From assembly GCA_049668445.1 (NCBI GenBank), contig JBATJK010000235.1:15714-79713 (forward strand): a stretch of DNA of 64,000 nt. Direction: 5' to 3'. Below, piece by piece: positions 1-10,453 of this stretch. Positions within the stretch are counted from its first letter, which is position 1. Every line of letters begins with the position of its first letter. The notes below the pieces were generated by a model. That model had not been told where the DNA came from. It ran no database searches and worked only from the letters and a program-made list of their open reading frames with translations. The translations under genes were made by a program, and so were the position numbers. The stretch comes from Gemmatimonadota bacterium. Its GTDB lineage: Bacteria; Gemmatimonadota; Gemmatimonadetes; Palauibacterales; Palauibacteraceae.

Positions 1-563
1 CGGGCGGCTGGCTGGGAGGGGACGGAGACTACGACAAGTGGGACTTCGACAGCGAGTGGTTCTCCAGGATCGCCCAGATTGGTGGTGGCCCGGGCAAGGT
101 GCCGATCGAAGTCGTGGCGATGCTGAACTTCAAGGCCGGACTCGTTTTCGGCAACAATCCGTTCTATGTCGAGCGCTACTTTGTAGGTGGCACGCAAGTC
201 GGCCAGCGCGTCCGTGGCTACGAGGAAGCGACCATCACTCCGCTGGGCCACGTACCCAGGAACGCACCGGTCAACAGCCTGGCTCGTGTCGGAGAGTCGT
301 ACTTCACGACCTCGGCGGCCATCGGCATCAAGCTGACGGACAACATTTTCGCGAGTACGTTCGTGGACGCGGGGAACCTGTGGGCCAACGCCGCAGAGTT
401 CAATCCGACGGACCTCCTGGTCGGCGCCGGAGTAGGGTTGAGCTTGGTGACACCGTTTGGCCCCGTGGGCCTCGATTACGCCTACGGTTTCGACAGAAGG
501 GACGTGGTGGGAAGGCCGGACCCTGGTTGGCAGTTACATTTCCGGTTCGGGCAGTTGTTCTGA
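1..563 (+). CDS. bamA: Outer membrane protein assembly factor BamA, C-terminal beta-barrel fragment (5' end outside window)
   Basis: Open frame from position 3 running to the stop at 561-563. Translation ends ...GLDYAYGFDRRDVVGRPDPGWQLHFRFGQLF, an Omp85/BamA-type C-terminal beta-signature. Followed by skp and lpxD as in the canonical bamA-skp-lpxD-fabZ-lpxA-lpxB cluster. Confidence 0.8.
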   Translation, partial: GGWLGGDGDYDKWDFDSEWFSRIAQIGGGPGKVPIEVVAMLNFKAGLVFGNNPFYVERYFVGGTQVGQRVRGYEEATITPLGHVPRNAPVNSLARVGESYFTTSAAIGIKLTDNIFASTFVDAGNLWANAAEFNPTDLLVGAGVGLSLVTPFGPVGLDYAYGFDRRDVVGRPDPGWQLHFRFGQLF

Positions 564-618
564 TCCGGATGACATATGAGAATTCTGACTCCAAATTGAT
601 CGGAAGGAGAAGCACGAT

Positions 619-1185
619 ATGGCTCTGACACGTTGGTTCGCCCTGGCCGCAGTTGCCCTGGCGTTCGGTGCGGAAAACGCGCAGGCGCAGGGGAATCCGG
701 CCGCAGGCTCGCCGGTCGTATACGTGCGCGGTCAGGTGATTCTGCAAGCTGCCCCCGGTGCCGCAGAAGCAGCGCGCACTTTCGAACGTGAACTGGCGGA
801 CATGCGCACGCAGCTCCAGGAGCAGGCCGCCGTCGTGGACTCGATGCTGCAGGACTATCAGCGCCAGGAGGTACTCCTGAGCCCTCAGGCCAAGGAACAG
901 AAGCAGCAGGAGATTCTGAACCTGCGCAACCAGTTGCAGCAGCGGCAGGGGGAGATGGACACCCAGGCGCAGCAACGGCAGCAGGAGCTTCTTGGCCCCA
1001 TCCTGGAGCAGGTCGGCGCCGTGATCGAGACTCTACGCTCGGAGGGCAACTACTCGATCGTGCTCGACGCGTCGAAGGAAGGGCTGGTGGCAGCCGACAC
1101 CACGCTCGACATTACTGACGCCGTTCTCGCCAGGCTCGGAGTTGAGCCTCCACCGCCTGCCCCGGCGGGTGGTGCGACTCCGTAG
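619..1185 (+). CDS. skp: OmpH/Skp periplasmic chaperone
   Basis: 188 aa with signal peptide ([23 protein letters not shown]), a Q/E-rich coiled-coil body and a Pro/Ala-rich tail. GGAAGGAG RBS 8 nt upstream. Sits between bamA and lpxD. Confidence 0.75.
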   Translation: MALTRWFALAAVALAFGAENAQAQGNPAAGSPVVYVRGQVILQAAPGAAEAARTFERELADMRTQLQEQAAVVDSMLQDYQRQEVLLSPQAKEQKQQEILNLRNQLQQRQGEMDTQAQQRQQELLGPILEQVGAVIETLRSEGNYSIVLDASKEGLVAADTTLDITDAVLARLGVEPPPPAPAGGATP

Positions 1186-1204
1186 CAGTAGTGATAGAAG
1201 CAGA

Positions 1205-1237
1205 GCTGTGGGAGGGTGCGGCGGCCCCTCCCACAGC
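1205..1237 (+). promoter_or_regulatory. Perfect 12-bp GC-rich stem-loop (gctgtgggaggg-9nt-ccctcccacagc) in the skp-lpxD spacer; possible attenuator or partial terminator
   Basis: Read directly from the sequence. Stem1 1205-1216, loop 1217-1225, stem2 1226-1237. No clean T-tract follows (tcgttctcc), so termination would be partial at best. Confidence 0.4.
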
Positions 1238-1294
1238 TCGTTCTCCAACCTCGCATGTCCTGTTGCAGGTGGGCAGCCGGCGGGGGAAAGTCAT

Positions 1295-2319
1295 ATGACC
1301 GCATTTACCGTGCAGCAACTGGCGGAGCTCGTGGCCGGCGAGGTCGAGGGCGACGCATCCCGCAGGGTTGAGGGTGTCGCCTCCGTGGACCGGGCGGGTC
1401 CAACGGACCTGACGTTCGTCGTCGACGAACGGTACGCGCAGCGGTTGGGGGCACGGTCGGTGGGAGCCTGCCTGGTCGCCCCTGGCATGCATCTGGAGGC
1501 CAACGGTACCTCGTACATCAGGGTCGAGAGTCCTGAGCTGGCCTTCAGCAAGCTTCTGGGTGTATTCCATCCCGAGCACCGGCCGGCCCCGGGGGTGCAC
1601 CCCACGGCGATCGTCGGACGGGGCACGCGAATCGGCGCCGGTGCTTCGATCGGGCCGTACGTGACGATCGGCGACAATACGGCGATCGGAAGCGGTACGC
1701 TCGTCGGCCCACACACGCACATCGACGACGACGTGGTCATCGGCAACGATTGTCGGATCGGCCCCGGGTGCACGATCCTGCATGATACCGCGGTGGGCAA
1801 CCGAGTTCGAATCTACACCGGCGTGCGGCTGGGAGTGGACGGCTTTGGCTATACGCCTGGAGCCGACGGACTGACCCGGATTCCCCAGGTCGGTCGGTGC
1901 ATCGTTCACGACGATGTCGAGATCGGTGCCAACTGTACGGTGGACCGTGGCGCACTGGGCGACACGGTGATCGGCCAGGGAACCAAGATCGACAACCTGG
2001 TACACGTGGGACACAACGTGAGGGTCGAGGATAACTGTATCATCGTTGCGCAGGCGGGAATCGCGGGAAGCGTCGATATCGGGGCCGGGACGCATATCGG
2101 TGGTCAGGTAGGCGTAGCGGGCCACCTCACCATCGGCGCGGGGGCTCGAATCGCAGGCCAGGCTGGCGTCTTCGGAGACGTTCCGGCCGGTGCAACCTAC
2201 TCAGGCTATCCCGCCCGACCGCACCGTGAGTCGCTGCGAGCCAGCGCCCTCACTTTGCGTCTCCCGGAGCTGTTTCGCCGGCTGGTCCGCCTGGAGCGTC
2301 GACTCGACGGGGAGGGCGA

Positions 2320-2323
<4 letters not shown>
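1295..2323 (+). CDS. lpxD: UDP-3-O-(3-hydroxyacyl)glucosamine N-acyltransferase
   Basis: ATG at 1295 preceded by GGGGGAAAG. N-terminal LpxD domain plus long hexapeptide left-handed beta-helix repeats ([22 protein letters not shown]...). The larger ORF from 1142 is an N-terminal over-extension. Confidence 0.9.
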
Positions 2324-3617
<1,294 letters not shown>

Positions 3618-3621
<4 letters not shown>

Positions 3622-4415
3622 GCGACCCTCAGACCGCAGCTTCCGCAGCAATCCACCCGACCGCGATCATCGATCCAGGCGCCACGATACCCCAATCCGC
3701 TTCCGTGGGCCCCTATTCGATCATCGGACCCGGCGTCGTGATCGGGGAGAGGGTAATCATCGACTCGCATGTCCTGATCGAGCGGGACACGACCGTCGGG
3801 GATGACTGCCGCATCTGCAAGGGCGCGGTTCTTGGGACTGACCCTCAGGACCTCAAGTACGCCGGCGAGCCGACCACCCTGACGGTGGGAAATCGCACTA
3901 CGATCCGGGAGTACGCTACGCTGAATCGGGGAACGATCGATGCCGGGGTCACAACGGTGGGTGATGATTGCCTGATCATGGCATACGCCCACGTCTCGCA
4001 CGATTCGCGCGTGGGCAACCACGTGATCCTCGCGAATGCGGTCAACATGGGCGGACACGTGCTCATCGAGGACTGGGCCATCGTCGGGGGCGTGACCGCG
4101 GTTCACCAGTTCGTTCGAATCGGGTGCCATTCGTTCGTAGGAGGCGGCTCCAGGTTGCCTCAGGACGTGGCTCCGTATGTGATGGCCGCCGGCAGTCCGT
4201 GCGCCGCCTACGGACTCAACATCGTCGGCCTGAGGCGCAGAGGGTTCAAGAGGGAGACGATTCGCCAGATCAAGGACGCCTACCGGCTGGTCTTCCAGTC
4301 TGATCTGAACGTGTCGCAGGCCCTCGATCAAATCGTGGCCCGCGATGACCTGGTGCCGGAGGTCGAGCATATGGTGTCGTTCATCCGGTCCAGCGATCGT
4401 GGCATCACCACATGA
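3618..4415 (+). CDS. lpxA: Acyl-ACP--UDP-GlcNAc O-acyltransferase
   Basis: ATG at 3618 overlaps the lpxC/fabZ stop (ATGA). Hexapeptide repeats plus LpxA C-terminal helical domain (AYGLNIVGLRRRGF...IRQIKDAYRLVF). Confidence 0.9.
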
Positions 4416-5416
4416 GCGGCATGAAGGTCGGGGTTGTCGGCGTGGGTCGCCTTGGATCGGCCCACGCGCGAATTCTGGGAGAGATACCCGACTGCGAGCT
4501 CGTCGGGGTAGCCGACAACGACGGCAATCGCGCGCAGGAGGTGGCGAGCCGCCTGTCCGTGGAGGCTCTCGATGCCGCGTCTCTTGCCTCCCGTTGTGAC
4601 GCCCTGATCGTCGCGGTCACCACATCCGATCATCACCCCGTTGCGAGGATGGCCCTTGAGTCGGGCTGCCACGTTCTCGTCGAGAAGCCGCTCACTCCAA
4701 CGCTGGCCGAGGCCGACGACCTCGTGGATACGGCCGATCGGCTGGGTCTGTTCCTCGCCGTGGGGCACGTGGAGCGGTTCAATGCCGCCATTCGGGAGGT
4801 CCGACCGCTCCTCCGTGACCCGAGGTACATCTCCTCCCAGAGGCTCTCGATATTTCAGCCGCGCGGCACCGATGTTCCCGTGATGCTAGACCTCATGATT
4901 CATGACATCGATCTGGTCCTGGGCCTCGTGGACAGTCCGGTCGAGTCGGTTGACGCGGTGGGGATACCGGTTCTTACCGACTCGGTTGACATGGCCAGTG
5001 CGCGAATTCGGTTCGTCAACGGTGCCTGCGCCGATATCAGTGCCAGCCGAGTGTCGGCCGAACGGACCCGTGAATTGAGGCTGTTTCAACCGTCCGGCTA
5101 CTTCAGCCTGGACCTTGCGAAGGGGGAGGGGGAGTACCTCCGACGGCGAGAAGGAGTCGAACTGGCGGGGATCTCGCGCACACGGGATGTCGGAGAACTC
5201 TCCCTGGCCGACATCGTCGAGCGAGTCCCGATCAAGGGGGATGCCTCAGAACCGCTCCGGTTGGAGTTGGAGGCGTTCCTCGCCGCGGCAAGTGGCAAGG
5301 GAGACGACAGCGTAAGTGCCTCTGAAGGTAGAGCGGCACTGGAGATCGCCCTCCGAATCGAGAACGAAATCGAGGCATCGGCCAATGTCCCTGCACAAGA
5401 TCCGCGAGGAACGTAA
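4412..5416 (+). CDS. Gfo/Idh/MocA-family NAD(P)-dependent oxidoreductase (GnnA-like candidate)
   Basis: N-terminal Rossmann motif MKVGVVGVGRLGSAHAR, plus EKP motif (HVLVEKPL) typical of Gfo/Idh/MocA. ATGA overlap with lpxA stop. Located between lpxA and lpxB. Confidence 0.8.
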   Translation: MSGMKVGVVGVGRLGSAHARILGEIPDCELVGVADNDGNRAQEVASRLSVEALDAASLASRCDALIVAVTTSDHHPVARMALESGCHVLVEKPLTPTLAEADDLVDTADRLGLFLAVGHVERFNAAIREVRPLLRDPRYISSQRLSIFQPRGTDVPVMLDLMIHDIDLVLGLVDSPVESVDAVGIPVLTDSVDMASARIRFVNGACADISASRVSAERTRELRLFQPSGYFSLDLAKGEGEYLRRREGVELAGISRTRDVGELSLADIVERVPIKGDASEPLRLELEAFLAAASGKGDDSVSASEGRAALEIALRIENEIEASANVPAQDPRGT

Positions 5417-5519
5417 GAAGCTGGGCGTCGGCGCCAAGCGCGGCCCGCGAACCCTGACCCTGATTGCCCTCCTTGTCCTGGTCGTCCTGCTCATGGTCTA
5501 CCTGAACCGGCTTGGCTGA
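5385..5519 (+). CDS. Possible 44-aa single-pass membrane protein wedged between the oxidoreductase and lpxB (speculative)
   Basis: ATG at 5385. Lys/Arg-rich N-terminus (MSLHKIREERKKLGVGAKRGPR) followed by one hydrophobic helix (TLTLIALLVLVVLLMVYL). Overlaps the 3' end of the upstream gene by 32 nt in another frame, and its stop overlaps the lpxB start. No recognisable homology. Confidence 0.25.
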   Translation: MSLHKIREERKKLGVGAKRGPRTLTLIALLVLVVLLMVYLNRLG

Positions 5520-6627
5520 CCCGGCGATCTTCCTGGCTGCGGGCGAACAGTCAGGTGACCTGCACGGCGCCGAGCTTGCCCGCGAGCTGAAGATTCGAAT
5601 TCCGGGCGTGCGCCTCTACGGTCTGGGCGGAAGCCGGATGGCCGCCGAGGGAGTGGAGCTGCTTGCCGATCTCGATCGCACGGCCATACTGGGCTTTGCG
5701 GAAGTCGTCCGCCACCTGCCTGATCTCGCTGGCCTGCGCCGAGAGGTGAGGCGATTCCTCCTCGAGCGGAAGATCGACCTCCTGGTTCCCATCGATTATC
5801 CGGGCTTCAACCTTCCGCTCGCGAGGTATGCCAGGCGGAACGGAATATCCGTTCTGTACTATATCGCCCCGCAGGTGTGGGCATGGCATGAGTCCAGAGC
5901 AAGAAAGCTGGCGCAGGACACGGATCTCGTATGCGTGGTCCTTCCGTTCGAAGAAGATCGACTGAAGCGCTGGGGCGTGCGGACGCGGTTCGTCGGCCAC
6001 CCTCTCCTGGACCGTCAATCGTTGAGAGCCGATGTCGGTGGCGACCCCGACGCCGCCACCCGGATCGGCATCTTCCCGGGGTCGCGCTTGCAGGAAGTGA
6101 GTCGCCTTCTTCCCACCTTTCTCGAGGCGGGCCGGCAACTCGCGTCCCGTTTGCCGGACCTCGAGATCCTGGTGGCCCGCGCCCGCGATCTACCCGATTC
6201 AGCGTACGAGGGTCTCGGTGAGGCCACCCTCGTCGATGCCGAGTCAGCCATTCTCTCCGCGAGTGCTGCGATTACCAAGTCCGGCACCATCACCCTGCAA
6301 CTGGCACTGGCCGGCGTGCCGATGGTCGTGGGTTACCGGGTGAATACGCTGACGTATTCGATCGCCAGGCGTCTCGTGAAGGTAGACCACATCGCACTGG
6401 TCAACCTGGTGGCAGGACGCAGGGTGGTTCCGGAGTTCATCCAGGGAGAGGTAACTGCAGCGACTATCGCCGAGGCGGCTCTCCCTCTCCTGGATCGAGA
6501 CGCTCCGGCCCGGCGAGATCAGATCGCGGGTTTGCGTAAGGTGGTGGATCGCCTCGGTGATCCGGGAGCGGCCGGAAGAGTTGCGGATGAGTGCTCCGGG
6601 CTGCTGGCCGTTCGGGCGAAGTCATGA
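5512..6627 (+). CDS. lpxB: Lipid-A-disaccharide synthase
   Basis: IFLAAGEQSGDLHGAELARELK... matches the LpxB N-terminus (GE.SGD motif). GT19 fold throughout. Apparent TTG start at 5512 (start uncertain by a few codons). Confidence 0.88.
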   Translation: MADPAIFLAAGEQSGDLHGAELARELKIRIPGVRLYGLGGSRMAAEGVELLADLDRTAILGFAEVVRHLPDLAGLRREVRRFLLERKIDLLVPIDYPGFNLPLARYARRNGISVLYYIAPQVWAWHESRARKLAQDTDLVCVVLPFEEDRLKRWGVRTRFVGHPLLDRQSLRADVGGDPDAATRIGIFPGSRLQEVSRLLPTFLEAGRQLASRLPDLEILVARARDLPDSAYEGLGEATLVDAESAILSASAAITKSGTITLQLALAGVPMVVGYRVNTLTYSIARRLVKVDHIALVNLVAGRRVVPEFIQGEVTAATIAEAALPLLDRDAPARRDQIAGLRKVVDRLGDPGAAGRVADECSGLLAVRAKS

Positions 6628-7295
6628 AGGTCGACTTTGCCCTGCTCGCGGCCAGGCACGTCGGGCCCGGCTTCCTCGCGGCCCTCGGTCGCTCGTGGCG
6701 GTTCCGGGAGCTCGACCCCACGGGACAGGCTGCCACCAGCCGCCACAGGGCAGGGGAGGGTGTCTACGCACTGTGGCACGCCCAGCAGCTTCCTCTTACG
6801 CTCAGGCACCGGACGGAAAACGTCGCGGTGATCATCAGTCAGCATCGAGATGGCGAGATCATCTCCCGGATGGTCGAGGGAATCGGCTACCGAACCATTC
6901 GGGGCTCCAGCACGCGCGGAGGATCAGAGGCGCTGCGCGAGCTGACACAGGCGGCCTCCGAGGGGCATTCGCTGGCGATCACGACCGACGGCCCGCAGGG
7001 TCCTCCCAGGCAGTGCAAGCCGGGCGCGGTTCTCGCCGCCGCTCGGACCGGATTTCCTATCATTCCGGCCGCGGCGGCAGCGGTCCACGCGTGGACGTTC
7101 AGCAGTTGGGATCGATTCTTCGTTCCGAAGCCCGGCTCGGTCGTCTACGTGAGCTACGGCGATCCCATCCATGTCCCTGCAGATCTGGAAACCGCTACCA
7201 CCGCCGAATGGCAGGCCAGGGTGACAGAGGCTCAGAACGAGGCCACAGCGGTCTGTGAGAGGGCCGTTGCCCGAGTGGGGGGTAGGACAGCATGA
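6624..7295 (+). CDS. DUF374-domain protein (lysophospholipid-acyltransferase-like; lipid A cluster-associated)
   Basis: ATG at 6624 overlapping the lpxB stop (ATGA). Sequence resembles the DUF374 family, which is frequently fused to or adjacent to KdtA/WaaA or sits between lpxB and lpxK. The downstream lpxK start overlaps its stop. Confidence 0.7.
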   Translation: MKVDFALLAARHVGPGFLAALGRSWRFRELDPTGQAATSRHRAGEGVYALWHAQQLPLTLRHRTENVAVIISQHRDGEIISRMVEGIGYRTIRGSSTRGGSEALRELTQAASEGHSLAITTDGPQGPPRQCKPGAVLAAARTGFPIIPAAAAAVHAWTFSSWDRFFVPKPGSVVYVSYGDPIHVPADLETATTAEWQARVTEAQNEATAVCERAVARVGGRTA

Positions 7296-8380
7296 AGTCT
7301 GGCCTGGGGTTGGATGAGCGTGTGGAGGCGCGGATTCGAGGGGCGTGGAATGGCCGGCCCGGGGGCGCCCTGCGACTGTCAGCGGCCGCCTATCGCGCCG
7401 TGACCGGGGCGAGGAATCTCCTCTACGAGTCCGGCGTTCTTGCCAGCCGGCGCGCCCCCATACCCGTCGTGTCCGTCGGAGGGCTCACGGTCGGCGGGTC
7501 CGGCAAGACCCCGATCACGGCCGATCTCGCGGCGCGCCTTGGACGAGCCGGAGTGCGGACGGCGATCCTGACGCATGGTTTCGACGACGAGATGGACGTG
7601 CACCGCAGGTTGGCCCCTGGAGCGCTGGTGTATGGAGGTCGCGACCGAGCGAGCCTGGCCGGCATGGCTGCGGGCGAGGGCGTGCAGCTCGCGCTCCTGG
7701 ACTCCGGCTTTCAGCACCGGAAACTGCATCGCGATCTCGATATCGTGACCGTCGACGAGACCACAGCTGGCGGAAGCCTGGCACGCCTGCCGGCCGGCCC
7801 TTTTCGAGAGGGCCTGGCCGCCATCACGAGGGCGGACCTGGTGGTCGTGGTGAGCAGGCCTCCGGCAGGTGAGGGCTCAGCCGGCCAGGAGGATCGTCGG
7901 GAGTTGGTCGCCCGGGGTCGTTCGCGGCTGCGCGAGTTGGAGGAGGCTTCGGTCGCCCCACCGTTCTTGTCAGCCCGAATTCTCCCCGGTCCTCTGGTGG
8001 CCGCCAACGAGCCCGCCAGGGCGGTGAACGAGCCCCGTCCGAGCGTTGCGGTTGCCGGCATCATGTGGCCCGAGATCTTCTTCGACCAGGTGCGCCCCCT
8101 GGCCGCGCCCGAACTCGAGATTGTGCGCCTTCGCGACCACGCCCGCATCGATGACGCTCTGGCGGATCGACTTCGAGACGGGGCTCGCGACGCGGGCGTC
8201 GTTTGCACTCTGAAGGACTCGATGAAGCTGGTCCGCGTCCTGGAAGACTCGGTTCCGGTATGGTATCTCTCAGAGAGCGTAATCTGGGACGAACCCGGGA
8301 CCTTGCCCACTGTCTTTCGGGCGGCTCTGTCCCTCCTTGACCCGCCCGACCCTGACTCGAACGAAAGTCTGGCCCCATGA
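7292..8380 (+). CDS. lpxK: Tetraacyldisaccharide 4'-kinase
   Basis: P-loop SVGGLTVGGSGKTP, characteristic of LpxK. Size 362 aa. Position after lpxB. Confidence 0.85.
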   Translation: MKSGLGLDERVEARIRGAWNGRPGGALRLSAAAYRAVTGARNLLYESGVLASRRAPIPVVSVGGLTVGGSGKTPITADLAARLGRAGVRTAILTHGFDDEMDVHRRLAPGALVYGGRDRASLAGMAAGEGVQLALLDSGFQHRKLHRDLDIVTVDETTAGGSLARLPAGPFREGLAAITRADLVVVVSRPPAGEGSAGQEDRRELVARGRSRLRELEEASVAPPFLSARILPGPLVAANEPARAVNEPRPSVAVAGIMWPEIFFDQVRPLAAPELEIVRLRDHARIDDALADRLRDGARDAGVVCTLKDSMKLVRVLEDSVPVWYLSESVIWDEPGTLPTVFRAALSLLDPPDPDSNESLAP

Positions 8381-9957
8381 GCACTCCGGAGAGAATCTGC
8401 ACCGATCTCCTGGTCGTGGGATCGGGCATTGCCGGGCTGAGCTTCTCGCTCAAGGCATGCCGCTACGCCGATGTGGTCGTCGTCACGAAGAAGGAACGGA
8501 TCGAGTCGAACACGAACTACGCCCAGGGGGGAGTGGCTGCCGTGTTCGACCCGGACGACTCGCACGAGATTCATGTGGCAGATACCCTCGTCGCCGGAGC
8601 CGGGCTGTGCCACCGGAGGGCCGTGGAAGAACTGGTTCGAGAAGGGCCGAAACGGGTCCGTGAACTGATGGACTGGGGCGTGCGGTTCAGCCGGGAAGGT
8701 GGCAGGGTCTCTCTCGGGCGGGAGGCTGGACACAGTGAACGGAGGATTCTTCACGCCGCGGATCTCACGGGGCAGGAGATCGAGCGCGCGCTCCTCGAGG
8801 CGGTCGCGGCCGAGCCGAGGATCACCCTGCTGGAGGACCATTTCGTATGGTCGCTGGCCACCGTCATGGATCCGACCTGGAACCGCGTGCGGTGTGCTGG
8901 CGCTCTCGTACTGGACGTACATGGCGGACGTTTCAAGGCGGTCGACGCCCGGGCTGTAATGTTGGCAGCGGGTGGAACGGGTTTTCTGTATCGCCACACG
9001 ACGAATCCCGATATCGCGACGGGCGACGGAATCGCTCTGGGCCACGCGGCGGGAGCCGCCGTGGCGAACCTGGAATTCGTGCAGTTCCACCCCACCGCGA
9101 TGTACCCGGCGGAGGAGCGGGCCCAACTCATCTCCGAAGCCGTCAGAGGAGAGGGCGCCGTACTCCGCCGCCGGGACGGGGTCGAGTTCATGACCGCCTA
9201 CCATCCCGACGGATCTCTGGCCCCTCGGGATGTCGTGGCACGCGCGTGCGACGCTGAGATGAAGAAGACGGGAGACGAGTTCGTCCTCCTCGACCTCTCA
9301 GCGATCGATCCTCTCGTCGTCGCTGAACGCTTCCCGAACATCGCACGCGAGTGCGCGGAGCGCGGTATCGACTTGCCCCGGGACCCCATCCCGGTCGTCC
9401 CCGCAGCACACTACCAGTGCGGCGGACTTCTGACCGACTGGGACGGGAGAACGTCTCTGACCGGGCTTTATGCATCGGGTGAGATTGCCTGCACCGGCGT
9501 TCATGGCGCCAACAGGCTCGCCTCGAACTCTCTCCTCGAGGCCGTCGTGTTCTCTCATAGAGCTTCGATCCGACTTGCCGCCGATCTGCACGCCCTTCCA
9601 GAGGTGCCGGGAGTCGCTTGGGTGTTGCCCGATCTCGAGGCACCCGGGAGCGCCGCTGGAGATTTGGAGCGGACGATCAGGGACCTGATGTGGGACAAGG
9701 TAGGAATCGTCAGATCCGATGAACGTCTCGAGGCGGCCCGCGCCGAGATTGATGGGCTGTCAGGGGACGCCATCGCCAGGGATGGCACCGGACCCGGCGC
9801 CATGCGCGCCCGGCAGGCAGAGTTCATGCGCGAAGTCGCGGCTCTCGTCGTCCGCTCCGCACAACGTCGTCGGGAGAGCAGGGGACTGCATTTCACGGAG
9901 AGTCACCCGCGACGGGACAACGAGCACTTTCTGCGGGATACGGTCCTGGCGCGATGA
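8377..9957 (+). CDS. nadB: L-aspartate oxidase
   Basis: FAD-binding N-terminus DLLVVGSGIAGLS, plus a succinate dehydrogenase/fumarate reductase flavoprotein-like core (YAQGGVAA, HYQCGGL, VHGANRLASNSLLEA). ATGA overlap with lpxK. Confidence 0.9.
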   Translation: MSTPERICTDLLVVGSGIAGLSFSLKACRYADVVVVTKKERIESNTNYAQGGVAAVFDPDDSHEIHVADTLVAGAGLCHRRAVEELVREGPKRVRELMDWGVRFSREGGRVSLGREAGHSERRILHAADLTGQEIERALLEAVAAEPRITLLEDHFVWSLATVMDPTWNRVRCAGALVLDVHGGRFKAVDARAVMLAAGGTGFLYRHTTNPDIATGDGIALGHAAGAAVANLEFVQFHPTAMYPAEERAQLISEAVRGEGAVLRRRDGVEFMTAYHPDGSLAPRDVVARACDAEMKKTGDEFVLLDLSAIDPLVVAERFPNIARECAERGIDLPRDPIPVVPAAHYQCGGLLTDWDGRTSLTGLYASGEIACTGVHGANRLASNSLLEAVVFSHRASIRLAADLHALPEVPGVAWVLPDLEAPGSAAGDLERTIRDLMWDKVGIVRSDERLEAARAEIDGLSGDAIARDGTGPGAMRARQAEFMREVAALVVRSAQRRRESRGLHFTESHPRRDNEHFLRDTVLAR

Positions 9958-9973
9958 TCGGAGCTCGGGTTCG

Positions 9974-10453
9974 ATGAGATTGGTCGTCCTTGCCGTCGGA
10001 TCGCCCCGCGATCGGCACATGGCCGGCTTGATCCACGAGTACGAGGCTCGCGCCGGCCGCTACTTCCGCCTGGAGGTGATGGAGGTCGCCGCAGCCACCG
10101 GCGTGGGCGGCTTCCCCCAACAGGCACGGGCGCGCGAGGCCCAGAATCTGAGCAAGCGGATTCCTGCCGGCCTCCACACGTGGGCTTTGACGCGTGGCGG
10201 AGCGGAAATCAGTTCCGACGAGTTAGCCGGATCGCTGTCCGACCTGGCTACCTACGGTCACCCCGGAGTCGCCTTCCTCATAGGTGGAGCCTTCGGCCTG
10301 GACGAGGATCTCGTGCAGGGATCGTCCCGAGCCCTCTCCCTATCGCGAATGACGTTGCCACACGACATGGCTCGACTCGTTCTTGCCGAGCAGCTCTACC
10401 GGGCCGGCACCATCGCACGCGGCGAGCCGTACCATAAGGGGAGACCGCGGTGA
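9974..10453 (+). CDS. rlmH: 23S rRNA (pseudouridine1915-N3)-methyltransferase RlmH (SPOUT)
   Basis: ATG at 9974. 159 aa, MRLVVLAVGSPRD...HPGVAFLIGGAFGLDED...LSLSRMTLPHDMARLVLAEQLYRA, typical of RlmH. The longer ORF from 9719 is an over-extension. Confidence 0.85.
   Translation: MRLVVLAVGSPRDRHMAGLIHEYEARAGRYFRLEVMEVAAATGVGGFPQQARAREAQNLSKRIPAGLHTWALTRGGAEISSDELAGSLSDLATYGHPGVAFLIGGAFGLDEDLVQGSSRALSLSRMTLPHDMARLVLAEQLYRAGTIARGEPYHKGRPR

Noticed and set aside
38-628. 196-aa + strand ORF at the window start
   Set aside because: Out of frame with the BamA C-terminal beta-barrel reading frame, which has the characteristic terminal ...HFRFGQLF. Composition is Arg/Gly-rich nonsense.
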